Source: Calcarisporiella thermophila CBS 279.70 (Eukaryota; Fungi; Calcarisporiellomycota). Taken from it: DNA of 64,000 nt. The notes under the pieces are model-generated. The model did not search any database and was not told where the DNA came from. It worked only from the letters and a program-made list of their open reading frames with translations. The stretch lies in assembly GCF_041956535.1 (NCBI RefSeq), contig NW_027192212.1, forward strand, positions 65,153 to 129,152, given 5' to 3'. Both the position numbers and the translations under genes were made by a program. This document shows positions 24,797 to 36,329 of the stretch, one piece after another. Within the stretch, counting starts at the first letter, position 1, and each line of letters starts with the position of its first letter.

Positions 24797-25232
24797 TGCT
24801 CTTAACCGCCACGATGTTCTTTCGTGTTTCCAGGCAATAACACTGGGATTTCCCCCGGGAAACCGAGTTTTCATACTATAGGCAGACGTTATAATAAAGA
24901 TCCAAGTGAATCCGAAGATATTCTCCTCTCATCGTTGGACTGAACATTCAATTAGTCATATTAAGGATCTATTACTAAATTAAATAAGCAGTAATTGCCA
25001 ATGCTCAGTCCTCGTACGGCGAGAATTACTAAGGCATTACGATTTGTGACTACCAGACCGTTTCAAGCAAGCTGCAATTCTGGAATCCATCTATCTTTAG
25101 CTTTGCACTAAACTCAAACCTTTATTATACAAGCCACTCAAATCAGATTGTGATTCCTATAGGTATTTAATACCTAATTCGGATATTTCTAGTTTCTCAG
25201 GTGGATTTAAAGAAACGCGATACATTTTCAAA

Positions 25233-26189
25233 ATGATTTCTACGCTTTATTCAGTTTTTTTCTGGATCGGTCTTTTGGCTGTTGTTCCTTATCTGACTTT
25301 GGTAGCCTATGGTGCCTATGCCTGTCAAGAGCAGGACCTAAAAAAGAAATATAATGCTCAATGGGCTCTCGTCACCGGCGGTTCTTCCGGTATTGGTGCT
25401 GCTATTGTTCGCAAATTGGCCTCTCAGAAGTTGGATGTGGTAGTTGTCGCGTTGGATGATGCAGTTTTGGCCAAATTTAAGACAGAAATCCAAAAAGAAT
25501 ATCCAACTCGCCAATTCCGCTTCGTCGGTTGTGATCTGTCTACACCATCTGGTGATTATTTAGATGCCATCAAGAAGGCAACCTCCGATATCACCGTGCA
25601 AATTTTATGTGTGAATGCCGGATTCATTACCACTGGCTGTTTTGCCGATATAACATTCGTTAGGAACATGGCTAACTACCACACCAACACTACATCTGCA
25701 GTTATTCTTACCCATTATTTCTTGAACGAGATGATATCACAAGGCAAGAAGGGCCTCATAACATTCACATCTAGTAGTGCTGGCTTTATTCCAAGCCCAA
25801 TGAGCGCTCTGTACTCCTCCACCAAAATCTTTTTAACCACCTTTGCAGCTTCGTTAGCTGCTGAGACGGCCGAAGATGGGATCGATGTTCTTGTCATTCA
25901 TCCATCGCCAATTAACTCCAATTTTTACAGCAATGCCGGGAAAATGTCTGCCCTCCATGTCGCTCATAAGCTTTCCTCACCTCCTTCAGTAATTGCCGAC
26001 ACAATTTGCAGAAATGCTGGCAAGATAGTTGTTGCTGATCAGGGTTTAATCACTGTGGTCATGAAGATTATCTTTGGAAAAATCTTGGACTGGAATGTTT
26101 TTGCAGAGATTATGAAGATGGGTCTTCGATATAACAGTGACTATAAAGCTATGAAAATCAATCGAGGGATCACGGACAAGAAGCTTTGA
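25233..26189 (+). CDS. Membrane-anchored short-chain dehydrogenase/reductase (17beta-HSD/3-ketoacyl-CoA reductase-like)
   Basis: N-terminal TM segment, WALVTGGSSGIG, NAG and YSSTK. Probable 5'-UTR intron ending at 25200. Confidence 0.9.
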   Translation: MISTLYSVFFWIGLLAVVPYLTLVAYGAYACQEQDLKKKYNAQWALVTGGSSGIGAAIVRKLASQKLDVVVVALDDAVLAKFKTEIQKEYPTRQFRFVGCDLSTPSGDYLDAIKKATSDITVQILCVNAGFITTGCFADITFVRNMANYHTNTTSAVILTHYFLNEMISQGKKGLITFTSSSAGFIPSPMSALYSSTKIFLTTFAASLAAETAEDGIDVLVIHPSPINSNFYSNAGKMSALHVAHKLSSPPSVIADTICRNAGKIVVADQGLITVVMKIIFGKILDWNVFAEIMKMGLRYNSDYKAMKINRGITDKKL

Positions 26190-26839
26190 GTATTTTTTAA
26201 TTTGCTCTTTATTTTTCAAATGTATATCGGTAATAAATACCAATTCATTTAGACAGTATATTTTACAGAGATTTAAAAACTATAATATCTCGAAAAAATG
26301 ATGTGCTTAATTTCTATTCCATTGTCAATAGAAAAATGGTTAGATGACCAGTAGATAGATATAATCCAGCTTGGAATTGGTCAGTATGGGTAGCAATTTT
26401 CACCCATAGTAGTTATTACCAAAACTATGATATTCATTGAAGCATACTGTCTTTTATTAACTTAGATGAAGTGGAAAAATCAAGCAAAATAAACATGCAA
26501 TACTAAAGGGTTTAGTTTTGCATTATTAACAGCGATTTTGATAACTAATAGTAGCGAAGAATTTATTTAAACCCCAATTATCGCAATTCTAATAGTTTAG
26601 CCAGTGGGATCCCCGACTGTAGTTTCATTCACTGTATTCTCGAAATGTAACTTTACAGAGCTAGCTAGATAAACATTGCCGCTGGTTCAGTTCCTTGTCG
26701 CCATATACACACCTACCAGATACACAGTGCGAGTATAAACATCGAAATATACAACATTCTTTTATGGTTCCTTTTGAAAATAAGTAGAAGCTGTGTTTAT
26801 TGACGTAAGCAATTAGCAATAAAACAAGATTGGCCTCAT

Positions 26840-27160
26840 GTATATGGAAAAAGCTGGTCCTAGCGCAGTGAGTGTGTTTGTTATAAAGTTGAATTTTTTA
26901 ATGTGATAATCATTCTATTTTACCGATAGCGCACTGAACTTTTGCCTTGTTGATTTTGTTAATGATCTTGTTGCTATCTATCATTTATTCTTATCATTTT
27001 CTATATGGAAAAACGGTCATGGCGTAGAGAATATGGAAAAAGCCGCTCCTGGCGCACTGAATCTTTTCATTATAAACTTGGTTTTTCATTAATGTTTAAC
27101 TCGTGATTTTATTGATGGAGCGCCGATGCTTTTTACTTGTTATTTTTATAGATAACCTTA
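26840..27160. repeat. Degenerate tandem duplication, ~190-bp period
   Basis: ATATGGAAAAAGC.G.TCCT.GCGCA.TGA occurs at 26842 and 27031. Internal GCGCACTGAA and ATATGGAAAAA sub-repeats. Confidence 0.65.
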
Positions 27161-27296
27161 TAGTTGTTTTTTTATTCAGTTGAGTTATTATTTACGTCAT
27201 TTTCTAGATTTTTTATTTGATTGCAACCACATTTTTCATAACTCATGATATCATTATAACAATCTTTAGCTACATAAGCACCTAGAACATATTTTT

Positions 27297-27530
27297 TCAT
27301 TCATCACAATAGGCGTTATTTATTCCACAGCAATTTTCATAGTCTTTACGTTTATAATTATAACGAAAATAGCATCCTCGTTTAGTATCACCTATCCAAT
27401 AGATATTGCCAACTATTCTCCGACAACATTCTATAGTTTTATCATTGTTGACACATTGACAATTTAATGAAGCATTCAAGCTGCAGGATATAATTAATAG
27501 AAATAATAATTTAATGAATACTTCGGCCAT
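27297..27530 (-). CDS. Small secreted 8-cysteine peptide (77 aa)
   Basis: Signal peptide, then CxC-x8-CC-x16-C-x13-CC-x6-C. Basic and aromatic composition. Confidence 0.7.
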   Translation of the reverse strand: MAEVFIKLLFLLIISCSLNASLNCQCVNNDKTIECCRRIVGNIYWIGDTKRGCYFRYNYKRKDYENCCGINNAYCDE

Positions 27531-28456
27531 ATACAAATTTATTATAAAGCAGTTTTAAATATCTTAAGAATTTTATATATCAACCTAAGGCCCTCTAAGC
27601 AATAAATAACTTGATTCTTTTTCTTAAATTGATATTTATGGTTTTTCAAATTTATTCGCCTTGCCAATCTGTTTCAAAGTTATGTGTATTAAACATACCC
27701 CTGTGTTAATCGAAAAACCTACTACAATTTGTAATTTCTCATGTCATCAAGTTATATTTATTTTATGCTAATAACACCGTAAGAGCCATAATATCGTATT
27801 ATGGCATTAAAAGAAATCCTGTCGATTAGAACTGGTACAATTCCTACAGACTACGACTGTAAACAAAGTTGAATTATTAGAGCTTTTGTTTATTCCTGTA
27901 GCCCAGTGTCATTTTCCATAAGATATTGTCGAATTCGATTAGCATTGCAATATTAAGTTAGAATTTATTTCGGTAAAATCGCTCATTGTTCTCAAAGTTT
28001 GTTGAAGGTTTCGTGCCTCAATTAGCGTTCGCAACACTTGGAAATAGTACAAAAAGGGTGCGAGCATGAAGAAGTATATCAAGATGATACAGAAACTCAG
28101 GAAGATGGAATCAAATCTTAGTTGTCTTCGCTGTTCAACTCTTAAAGAAGAAACGCGTCATAGATGTGAACTTGTCTTGATATATCTTGATGTCCGCTAC
28201 AAACTATGTTCGTCCTGTGATATTATTCCAAGTAGCTAGTGATTCTAAATATTCCATATCTATATTTTTAAGTCTATCTCCAAACTACTCTATCATGAAT
28301 AACTATTTTAGCTTATTTGCTAAACATGAACAATTTCATAAGGACAAGCTACGGTGATGGTCAGTGAATTTATTATTCTTTGTTATAGCATAAAAAATAG
28401 TAGTATACAGAATATAATATAATGACCATGGAAAAGACTTTTCCTCCTCTATTGAT

Positions 28457-28873
28457 TTAGCTTCCCTCAACTCCAGCTCGAGCTATCTCTTCGTCTTGTT
28501 CGATTTTACCCCCAGACACCCCAACTGCACCAACACAATTTCCTTTAGAATCATGTATCGGCAGCCCGCCTCCAAACGTTACCAATCCATTATTACTATG
28601 TTCGAATTGCCATACGGCTCCTCCAGGTTGGGACATTTGGCCTAGTATAGCTGTTTCACATCGAAACAAAGCTGAAGTCTTGGCTTTTTTAATGGAGATA
28701 TCCAACGAACCAAGAAGAGCATTGTCCATTCGCACAAAGTATAATAGATGAGCAGCCGAGTCTACGATAGCTACATTGACTGGTACTCCAATTTTTTGGG
28801 CTTTTTCAACACATTTCTCTCCTATTTTTTGGGCCATATCCATTGTAAGGAAAAGATTCGAGCTTTTCTCCAT
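28457..28873 (-). CDS. GlcG/HbpS-like haem-binding protein (DUF336), intronless
   Basis: VNVAIVD..AHL..F.RMD.A.LGS.DI..KKAKTS, FGGGLPI and GAVGVSGG..EQDEEIA. Confidence 0.9.
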   Translation of the reverse strand: MEKSSNLFLTMDMAQKIGEKCVEKAQKIGVPVNVAIVDSAAHLLYFVRMDNALLGSLDISIKKAKTSALFRCETAILGQMSQPGGAVWQFEHSNNGLVTFGGGLPIHDSKGNCVGAVGVSGGKIEQDEEIARAGVEGS

Positions 28874-29635
28874 GATTGTGCAAGTCGAGAAAACGGTATT
28901 GTAGCGCTATTTATTTATATTGACAAAATGTGGCTACCTAATGAAACTACAGAATATTGATATCGTGAGAATATTTTTGTGAGTGCAAATATAGTTATTT
29001 TCACCGAAATTGCCCATGATGTCGGATTATCGATGAAGCCCAATATATTAATCAAATAGAAAAGTGTGCCATATATTAAAAAAGCATTTTCTTGAACTTT
29101 AGTCATAAACCAACAATGTAAAGTCGCCGTTCGTCACTTGAGATACTTTGCGATAACGTTTAACTTGGTCGAGATCAATATAGACCCAGCATCACAAAAC
29201 ACTTTTGTAGATCATGTTATCAAACATATATTCAATAGAGGTCATAGTAGAGAGTTTAGAATTTTGGTTTACTATGAATATCGGATATATTCTAAAATTG
29301 ATATCTCCTTATTGTTCCGAATTAAAGTCTTTCCTAGGTGAATCTATGAGCATATTGAAGGCGTAAAAAATCCGCATATATCAGGTAGAGGGTAATGTGA
29401 AAGGACGAAAAAGCCTCAGATAGCCTAGATAATGTTAGCGTGCCTGGGTTATATTTTCGTTAAGCAAGATTCCCTGTAGTGGCTTTACTAAATAAGTTGT
29501 ATTTAATGAAACTGCAATATAAGGTTATCCCCTGAGTTTTGTTAATGAAAATAATATAGAGATGGTTTTTACGTATCCCCTCATTTAGTATTTTTCCAAA
29601 ACCCTTCTCTTCCATTCGTTTTCTTACTTTTCAAA

Positions 29636-31075
29636 ATGATGCAAAAGCGATTTTCAATTAAACAGGCTGTTGTTCCGCCACTCTATTCGCTATTGATCCT
29701 CTTTTTTTTTTACTACCTTTTCATATCCATCTCTTTTCTTAAATCAATCCCAACCCAAGTTGACTCTTCATTAACCCTGATTAATCAGGCAAATGCGACG
29801 CGCAGAGCTCGCGCTGTCTTTGTTGCTCTAGTGCGAAATTCCGAACTGAAAGGGATGCGAAACGCGATAAGGCACATAGAAGACAGATTCAACCGAAATT
29901 ACGGTTACCCTTGGGTGTTTTTAAACGATGAAGAATTTACGGAGGAATTCAAGCTATATACTAGCTCAATAATAAATTCCCCAACTTATTACGGTAAATA
30001 ACCCCTTTTATATAAGTTCCATAATGTTTCATTATTTATATTTTTAAGACTATAGGATTGGTACCAAAGGATCATTGGAGTATTCCTGAGTGGATTGATG
30101 AAGAAAAGGCGCGAATTGCGAGGGAAGACCAAGCGAAGCGCAATGTTCCATACGGTGGAAGTTTATCTTACCGACATATGTGTAGGTAATAAGAAATCGA
30201 ATTTTCTCGCATCGGCATATTTGTATAACACTGACATTTGTTAACTACCTAGATTTGAATCTGGATTTTTCTTCCACCATCCGCTTCTTCAGGATTACGA
30301 TTACTACTGGCGTGTTGAACCAAACGTAGAATATTTTTGCGATTTGGACTACGACCCCTTCCTCTTCATGCAAGATAATGGTAAAAAATATGGTAAGTAA
30401 CATATTTAAGTTGTGCCATTCCATATGGTAATAGTGGTTTAATATTTGAAAATTGAGGCTGGACTTTATCTTTACGTGAAAACGAGCATACAATTCCCAC
30501 CCTCTGGGAAACTACTCGTCGTTTTATGAATGAATATCCCCACTTAATTCCACCCAACAATACACTCGATTTCATCACGCATGATGGGGGAGTTACTTAC
30601 AATCGATGTCATTTCTGGTCCAACTTTGAAATTGGAGACTTACGATTTTGGCGTTCAGAAGCATATATGACATATTTTGAATATTTGGACAAAGCTGGAG
30701 GATTCTTTTACGAGCGCTGGGGAGATGCACCTGTACATACGATTGCTGCTGCAATGTTCCTTAGAAGTGACGAGATTCATTTCTTTAATGATATCGGGTA
30801 CAAGCACTACCCATTCATGTTAGTATCCTAATCTTCGTTCGCGATTTCTTTCTTTACCAGCGTTTTCCTCATTTTCTCCATTTTTTGATTACTAGGCATT
30901 GTCCAACTGAAAAAGAGCTTCAATTGAAATGCACCTGCGATCCCGGTCAAACTTATGGTAAGTTTAAATTAAAGATTAGGAATACGTTTGCATATTGCTC
31001 TTAACAGCATTGCTTACAGATAATGATTATTATTCGTGTACTCCCTTGTGGCATTATGTCAATCAGCCGAAATAA
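29636..31075 (+). CDS. Alpha-1,2-mannosyltransferase, GT15 (KRE2/KTR family), ~6 exons
   Basis: Type II TM segment; motifs YPWVFLNDEEF, SYRHMCR|FESGFF, YYWRVEP, CHFWSNFEI and ERWGDAPVH. Confidence 0.95.
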
Positions 31076-31275
31076 TGTTTAGCTATGTTTTAATACTTGT
31101 AAATAGTCTTTGTATATTTTATACAAATGCACACGCTTGTTTGCATTGTTGGGTCTTATAGATTATCTAAAGATATAGCAAAACTGTAATAAATAATCGC
31201 ACTATTTTTTATTTTTATACTTTGATTTATACTAATAAAAAAACGCATTAATTGCTATAAATTAATGTATACTTT

Positions 31276-32276
31276 TCATACTGTCTCATCCGAAACTGCG
31301 TTACCATAAGGAATTTCCAGCTTTTGGATCCATTTTTTGCGGTAATGATCACGTCCGGTAATGACAACACGATTGGCGTACAGCTCCAAATAAAGAGATC
31401 TGGCCTCCTTAATGCTTCCGGGCACAAGATATTCGTTGCCATTTGAATCAGCGTTCCATTCATCGAGGATACCACCAGTATTAATGATCTGGAATCCTTT
31501 TGAGTTACCCCCAGGGATTACCTTTCGCACTTGCCAGTCGCTGAGTTGGAGGCCGTAGTGAGTATGGGAGGTGAAAAGAATGGCTTGGGGATATTGTCCT
31601 AAAATATCCAAAAGCTCCTTTTGCTGCTTATAGAGGGTCTCGTACACGGGAACTTGACTTCCGGAGGTGGTTTTCGGAAGGGGAATGTGCAGGAAGGTGA
31701 ATATAGGTTTACCGGTCCTGCCGTGGATCTTAAGGCGATCTCTAAGCCAGTTGAGCTGCTCAGGGCTCAACCAAACGCCATTTCCGCTGTCTAAAAACCT
31801 ACATACATAGTCAATCAACTATTTTCCAACTATTACCAGCGATAAACCTACTTTTCCGTTCCCAAGAAAATAAGCGGGAAACCGCCAACTTCGCGTTCGT
31901 AATATATCTTATCTTCTTTGGTCAACTTTTTGTACCGTGCAAACATGGCCTCCTCCGAGTCGCCACCATATAATTCATGGTTACCAATGTTGAGGAAAAC
32001 CTTGTCCGGGTGAGGGTTAGCTTGAAGAGTTGCCAGAAAATCAGAGTATTGCTTCTCGCGTCCCTGATTTGTGATATCACCATTGAATACAACCGCCTTG
32101 TACTTAGGATCAACATTTAACATATCCTTCAATGTCATTCCCAAATCAGCGTAATCGTGGTGGGTATCGCTAGCAACAAAAAAGGTGGTAAGAGGTTTAT
32201 CGGTATTAACAGGGGCTGCAAATGCGCCTAAAAGAGCGCTCAGCGTAACGATAGGAATTAAAAATTTCTTAATCAT
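31276..32276 (-). CDS. Secreted calcineurin-like metallophosphoesterase, 2 exons (intron 31799-31851)
   Basis: Signal peptide and the five motifs SDTH, NGD, GNHE, FLH and SHTH. The intron joins GTEK|FLDSG in frame. Confidence 0.9.
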
Positions 32277-34929
32277 TGACAACAATTTAAAAACGAATGA
32301 TCTTTCAAATTGGATGAGGAAGAAGTAATGAATGTGATGGGATTATTATTGATTTAAGTGAGGTTTGGGTAAGAAGCTCAAATGATTATGTTTAAATACC
32401 CAATTTAGAGTTTATTTGTGGCACAAAGAAGGGATACCGATTTATACACGTGCGAATTGTACACAAATACATCCGCCCAGCAAAACTTCAATAAACAAAA
32501 CCTTTACTTGGAAGAAACAGATCTATTCCATTTATTAACTAAGCTATCACAATGCAGCGCTTAGGATATATAAACCTAACATTTATATTTGTTAAAAGCT
32601 CTTATTTATTTCTTCAAACTAAATACCGCAAGATTGGCTGAAACCGTTAAAAATAAAAAATACCAACAAAGGACCCTAGCTTCATTGTACAGACCAATAA
32701 ATCAATCTCTCCCGCACTCATGCTTCCAGAGTGAAAAAAATAAGTCGAGGTACAATTCTTTGTGAAACTAAGCAATGCTTATCACAAAGATATTAACTGG
32801 GTTTCAAATTCACCTTCGAATTTTACATGGGTGTTTGATCAATACACAATTAGATAATTTTCACTACATAGAAAACGTGCCAAAAAAAATAAATTGAAGA
32901 GCCAGGTGTATCGAGCCATATATATCCATTGGTAAGCTAACTATATGCATCTATTTTTTTCTAGGAAGATTGAGAACTTACAAATACATATTAGTAAACA
33001 AAAAATGTAAGCTAAAATATATTGCAAAAATTTTCCCATGGAACAACCCTCATTCTCCCAATTCCTGGGAATTATTGATTTAATATTGATAAAATCCGAA
33101 AGCCTTTTCGGCCCAAGTCAAAGTGTCTGTCTATATTACCTAAAAAACATTGAAATAAAATGCTCGACTTTTTAGCCAATATATAGTTTATTTCAATGAT
33201 TTATATTTAAAAAATGGTGTTTATAACACTTCTCGCTGAGGCTTCATGAGTTCTTAGGTTGAATTTTTATACATGATTAAGATTAGGCTTTGAAACAACC
33301 AGCGATTTTTTACTTTACTTGCAGACAAAAACTTAATACGCTGCTATTATTAATTGTCCTTCAATATCCATGAATAATGAAACTGATATATTTTTACAAA
33401 ATCTTTTTTTATTTTGCATATAGTCAATATTAATATCTGCTTTTTCTTTTATTTCACTTTAAGAAGCTTTCTCCTTGAGATCGAGTGGACGGATTTACAA
33501 CTATTTCAAAAAGTTTGGGCTCCACATTACTATTTTATAATGATAGCTATTTCATTGATTTAACTGGAATCTGAGGTCCTTTCTTTATGAGTTACTTTAT
33601 TTCTGACTAAATTATTTCAAATTTTCCTTCGGTTATATACTGTCTAGTTATTGCGGCACATTTACCTCTATTGCAAATGCAGCCACCATGTCTGAATTTT
33701 CCTGAATTAGCTCATATTACAAAGACCTATTGCTTCCCGATATTCCATGATTCTGAGATTTTCAACTCCACTGATCTACGTAGGTGAAAAATGGGAATCA
33801 CTTATTCCAATATAGGCATCTTCCAGGTATTTAGGCTTTTTTATATTTTAGCCCAAATATCTATGTCAAAGATCATTCAGCGCCGGGGAAGCTATACAAT
33901 CACAAAACGGAATGTTAGGGTAAACGGATAGATGGGATCGTGCAACTTAATCTTATTAAGAATAGTACGTACATTTGCCGTTTCTATTTGACTCCTCAGG
34001 CAGGGATTATGATACCAATAATTTCACAATTTCAGCCTGGATTTTTTCTATTGGCTAGCCTTGAATTCTCTATCCCCTGAAGCAAATTAATATATCCCTC
34101 TATAAATTTAATTTAGAATTTAGTCGGTTAAACAGCAACTCCTCTTGATGCGTTAGTGGCAATTAAAAATTATTCATAATAAGGGTCAATATATTCGTGA
34201 CAGAGTTTGTAAAAATCTAATTTAGCATTATATATAATGGGTGTTGGAAGAAACTACAAAATGCTAAAACCATTATCATGAGCAGTAATCACTCTTGGCA
34301 AACATGTACAATCGCTATTGTGAAGTCATAACTATGATTCCGATAGATTTTATGTCAATCGGAATTGAAACTCTACTATCCCTTTTTTAATTTGGCTTTT
34401 CTTGTCTGAAATGACGTGTCTACCGAGACCGAGGGAAACCCTTGAAATTCCATGCCGATCCGTGGATCGGGGTGCCGATGAATATGTTGGGAATTATCCT
34501 TTACATGATAATAAGTGATTGTACTCTGTGATTGCTTAATGAAGCATATTTTACGGAAGATAAAAGTTGCATTGCCGTGGAGTGTAGTCATAATTCAGCT
34601 TGAGAGCACAGTTGCGAATATATACATATAGTGCAGTGTTGATGAAAGGGTGAATCATGACTCTCTTTCTAAAGGGACCAAAGGGTTCTTTGGAGCGAGG
34701 ATTTAATAGGGTAGAGTTATTTGCGATACAAAACATTTGTAAATCATAGACTGCAACCCCCGGCACTTGACGAGCGAGAAACCATCGCAGTAAATACGTC
34801 ATGTATTTTGACTCAAGTGATGCAAAGGATCCGTATATTATAAAAAGGGACATTTCAAACGTCGTTGATCCCCGTCAATCGCAAACTTAAAATACTTGTA
34901 TCCCGACTGCTATAATCAATCAAGATAAA

Positions 34930-35484
34930 ATGAAATTCTCTCTAGTTGTTGCAACTCTTCTCTGCGTGTCATTCGTTGCAGCACTACCGGCTCCTCAAGT
35001 TGCTCAGTCCAGCCCTGCTCCTGCACAAGGGGGACAACAAGCCAGCCAACAAGGACAACAAACCGCCCAACAAGGACAACAAACCGCCCAACAAGGACAA
35101 CAAACCGCCCAACAAGGACAACAAACCGCCCAACAAGGGCAAAAACCGTCGCAAGCTGATATAGATTTCCTCAAACAGAACATAGAGAAGATCAACCAGG
35201 TTATTCAAAAATTCATTCCAAACAAGAAGCCTGAAGAGAAAGTCGCAGCGAAAGATATCGACGAGCTGGCTCAGAAATCACCACAACTGATCCCGGCTCT
35301 CAAAGCCTTAGTAGAAGGAAAAAGTCCGCTTCAAGCGGGAGGTGCCGGAGCCTCTCCAGCTTCAGGAGCTCCCAGCTCAGGTCAGGCTCCCAGCTCAGGT
35401 CAGGCTCCAAGTTCTGGCCAGGCTCCTAGTTCCGGTCAGGCTCCAAGTCCGGGATCAGCTGGAGCGAAGCCTCCCGGATTTTAA
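34930..35484 (+). CDS. Secreted Gln/Ser/Gly-rich repeat protein (184 aa), unknown family
   Basis: Signal peptide + LPAPQ; GQQTAQQ and APSSGQ repeats. TATAAAA lies at ~34839. Confidence 0.85.
   Translation: MKFSLVVATLLCVSFVAALPAPQVAQSSPAPAQGGQQASQQGQQTAQQGQQTAQQGQQTAQQGQQTAQQGQKPSQADIDFLKQNIEKINQVIQKFIPNKKPEEKVAAKDIDELAQKSPQLIPALKALVEGKSPLQAGGAGASPASGAPSSGQAPSSGQAPSSGQAPSSGQAPSPGSAGAKPPGF
35032..35136 (+). repeat. Coding minisatellite, 5 x 21 bp (GGACAACAAACCGCCCAACAA)
   Basis: Four identical units plus one variant. A second 18-bp array lies at ~35368-35450. Confidence 0.95.
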
Positions 35485-36329
35485 GATTCCACTAATGTAG
35501 CTATTATCGATTTCACTCTGATGCCAGGTGTATATTTATATGAGAAGTAGCAATATATATTTCTAATTTATCATGTTTATATTAAAAGTGCATCATAAAG
35601 CAGATTTTTTAGCATTTAGAAAAAGCGAAATTATTGCTTTAAATACAGCGGATACTAGTGTTTTCGCCATTTTGTATTACTCGAATCGTGTTAAATAGAC
35701 ACCAATGCATACTCTAGAACTAAGATAAACTAAATTGCGTATGAGAACGAATTGGCAGTTAATTTTCCTTTTTTTAACTGAAAATACAAGTGAAAGTCGA
35801 ACAATTTGGATATGAAAAACAGCGCAATATTACTCTCAGAGAAACTATCAAATATGATTTCAAATGATATAAACTCGAAATTGTATGGGCCTTAAATCTA
35901 AAATTCGTGATAAATATCGAGTTTTGCATTTTAATATATACAAATTGTAAGAGTCCCTTGACAATTTTTCGAATGCCTTCTTTCGTTAAAATTGCCTTGC
36001 TTATTTATCAATATTTACAATAATTAATCCATATCAATTTGGTCGGACAATCTTGGACCATTCAAAAATAGACGCGCCATTGGCGAATGAAGGTAAGAGC
36101 TAAGAAGATGTAAAATTGATCATTTTGTGAAATAAGTCAGAGATAAATATTTAATTATATAATTGAATCCTGTTTATTATATATGAAATATTTATACCAA
36201 CCTGATAACAATATAAATATTTGTCTCCTTAAAAGAAGAGAAATAATACACGTTTTTACAAAAAGAGCCAGATATAAAAGCTTCATATCCTTTAATAATT
36301 GGCAAAAAAAGAAAGTATACAAAAAAAAA

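Noticed and set aside
25233-32276. SDR, DUF336, GT15 and phosphoesterase as a biosynthetic gene cluster
   Set aside because: No backbone enzyme (PKS, NRPS or terpene synthase), transporter or regulator, and no coherent pathway logic.
35032-35136. Regular direct repeats that might suggest a CRISPR array
   Set aside because: There are no spacers. It is an in-frame coding minisatellite in a eukaryotic gene.
35004-35195. Cys-rich ORF (CCPCWAV)n resembling a metallothionein
   Set aside because: It is the antisense reading of the 21-bp Gln repeat in the 34930 gene.
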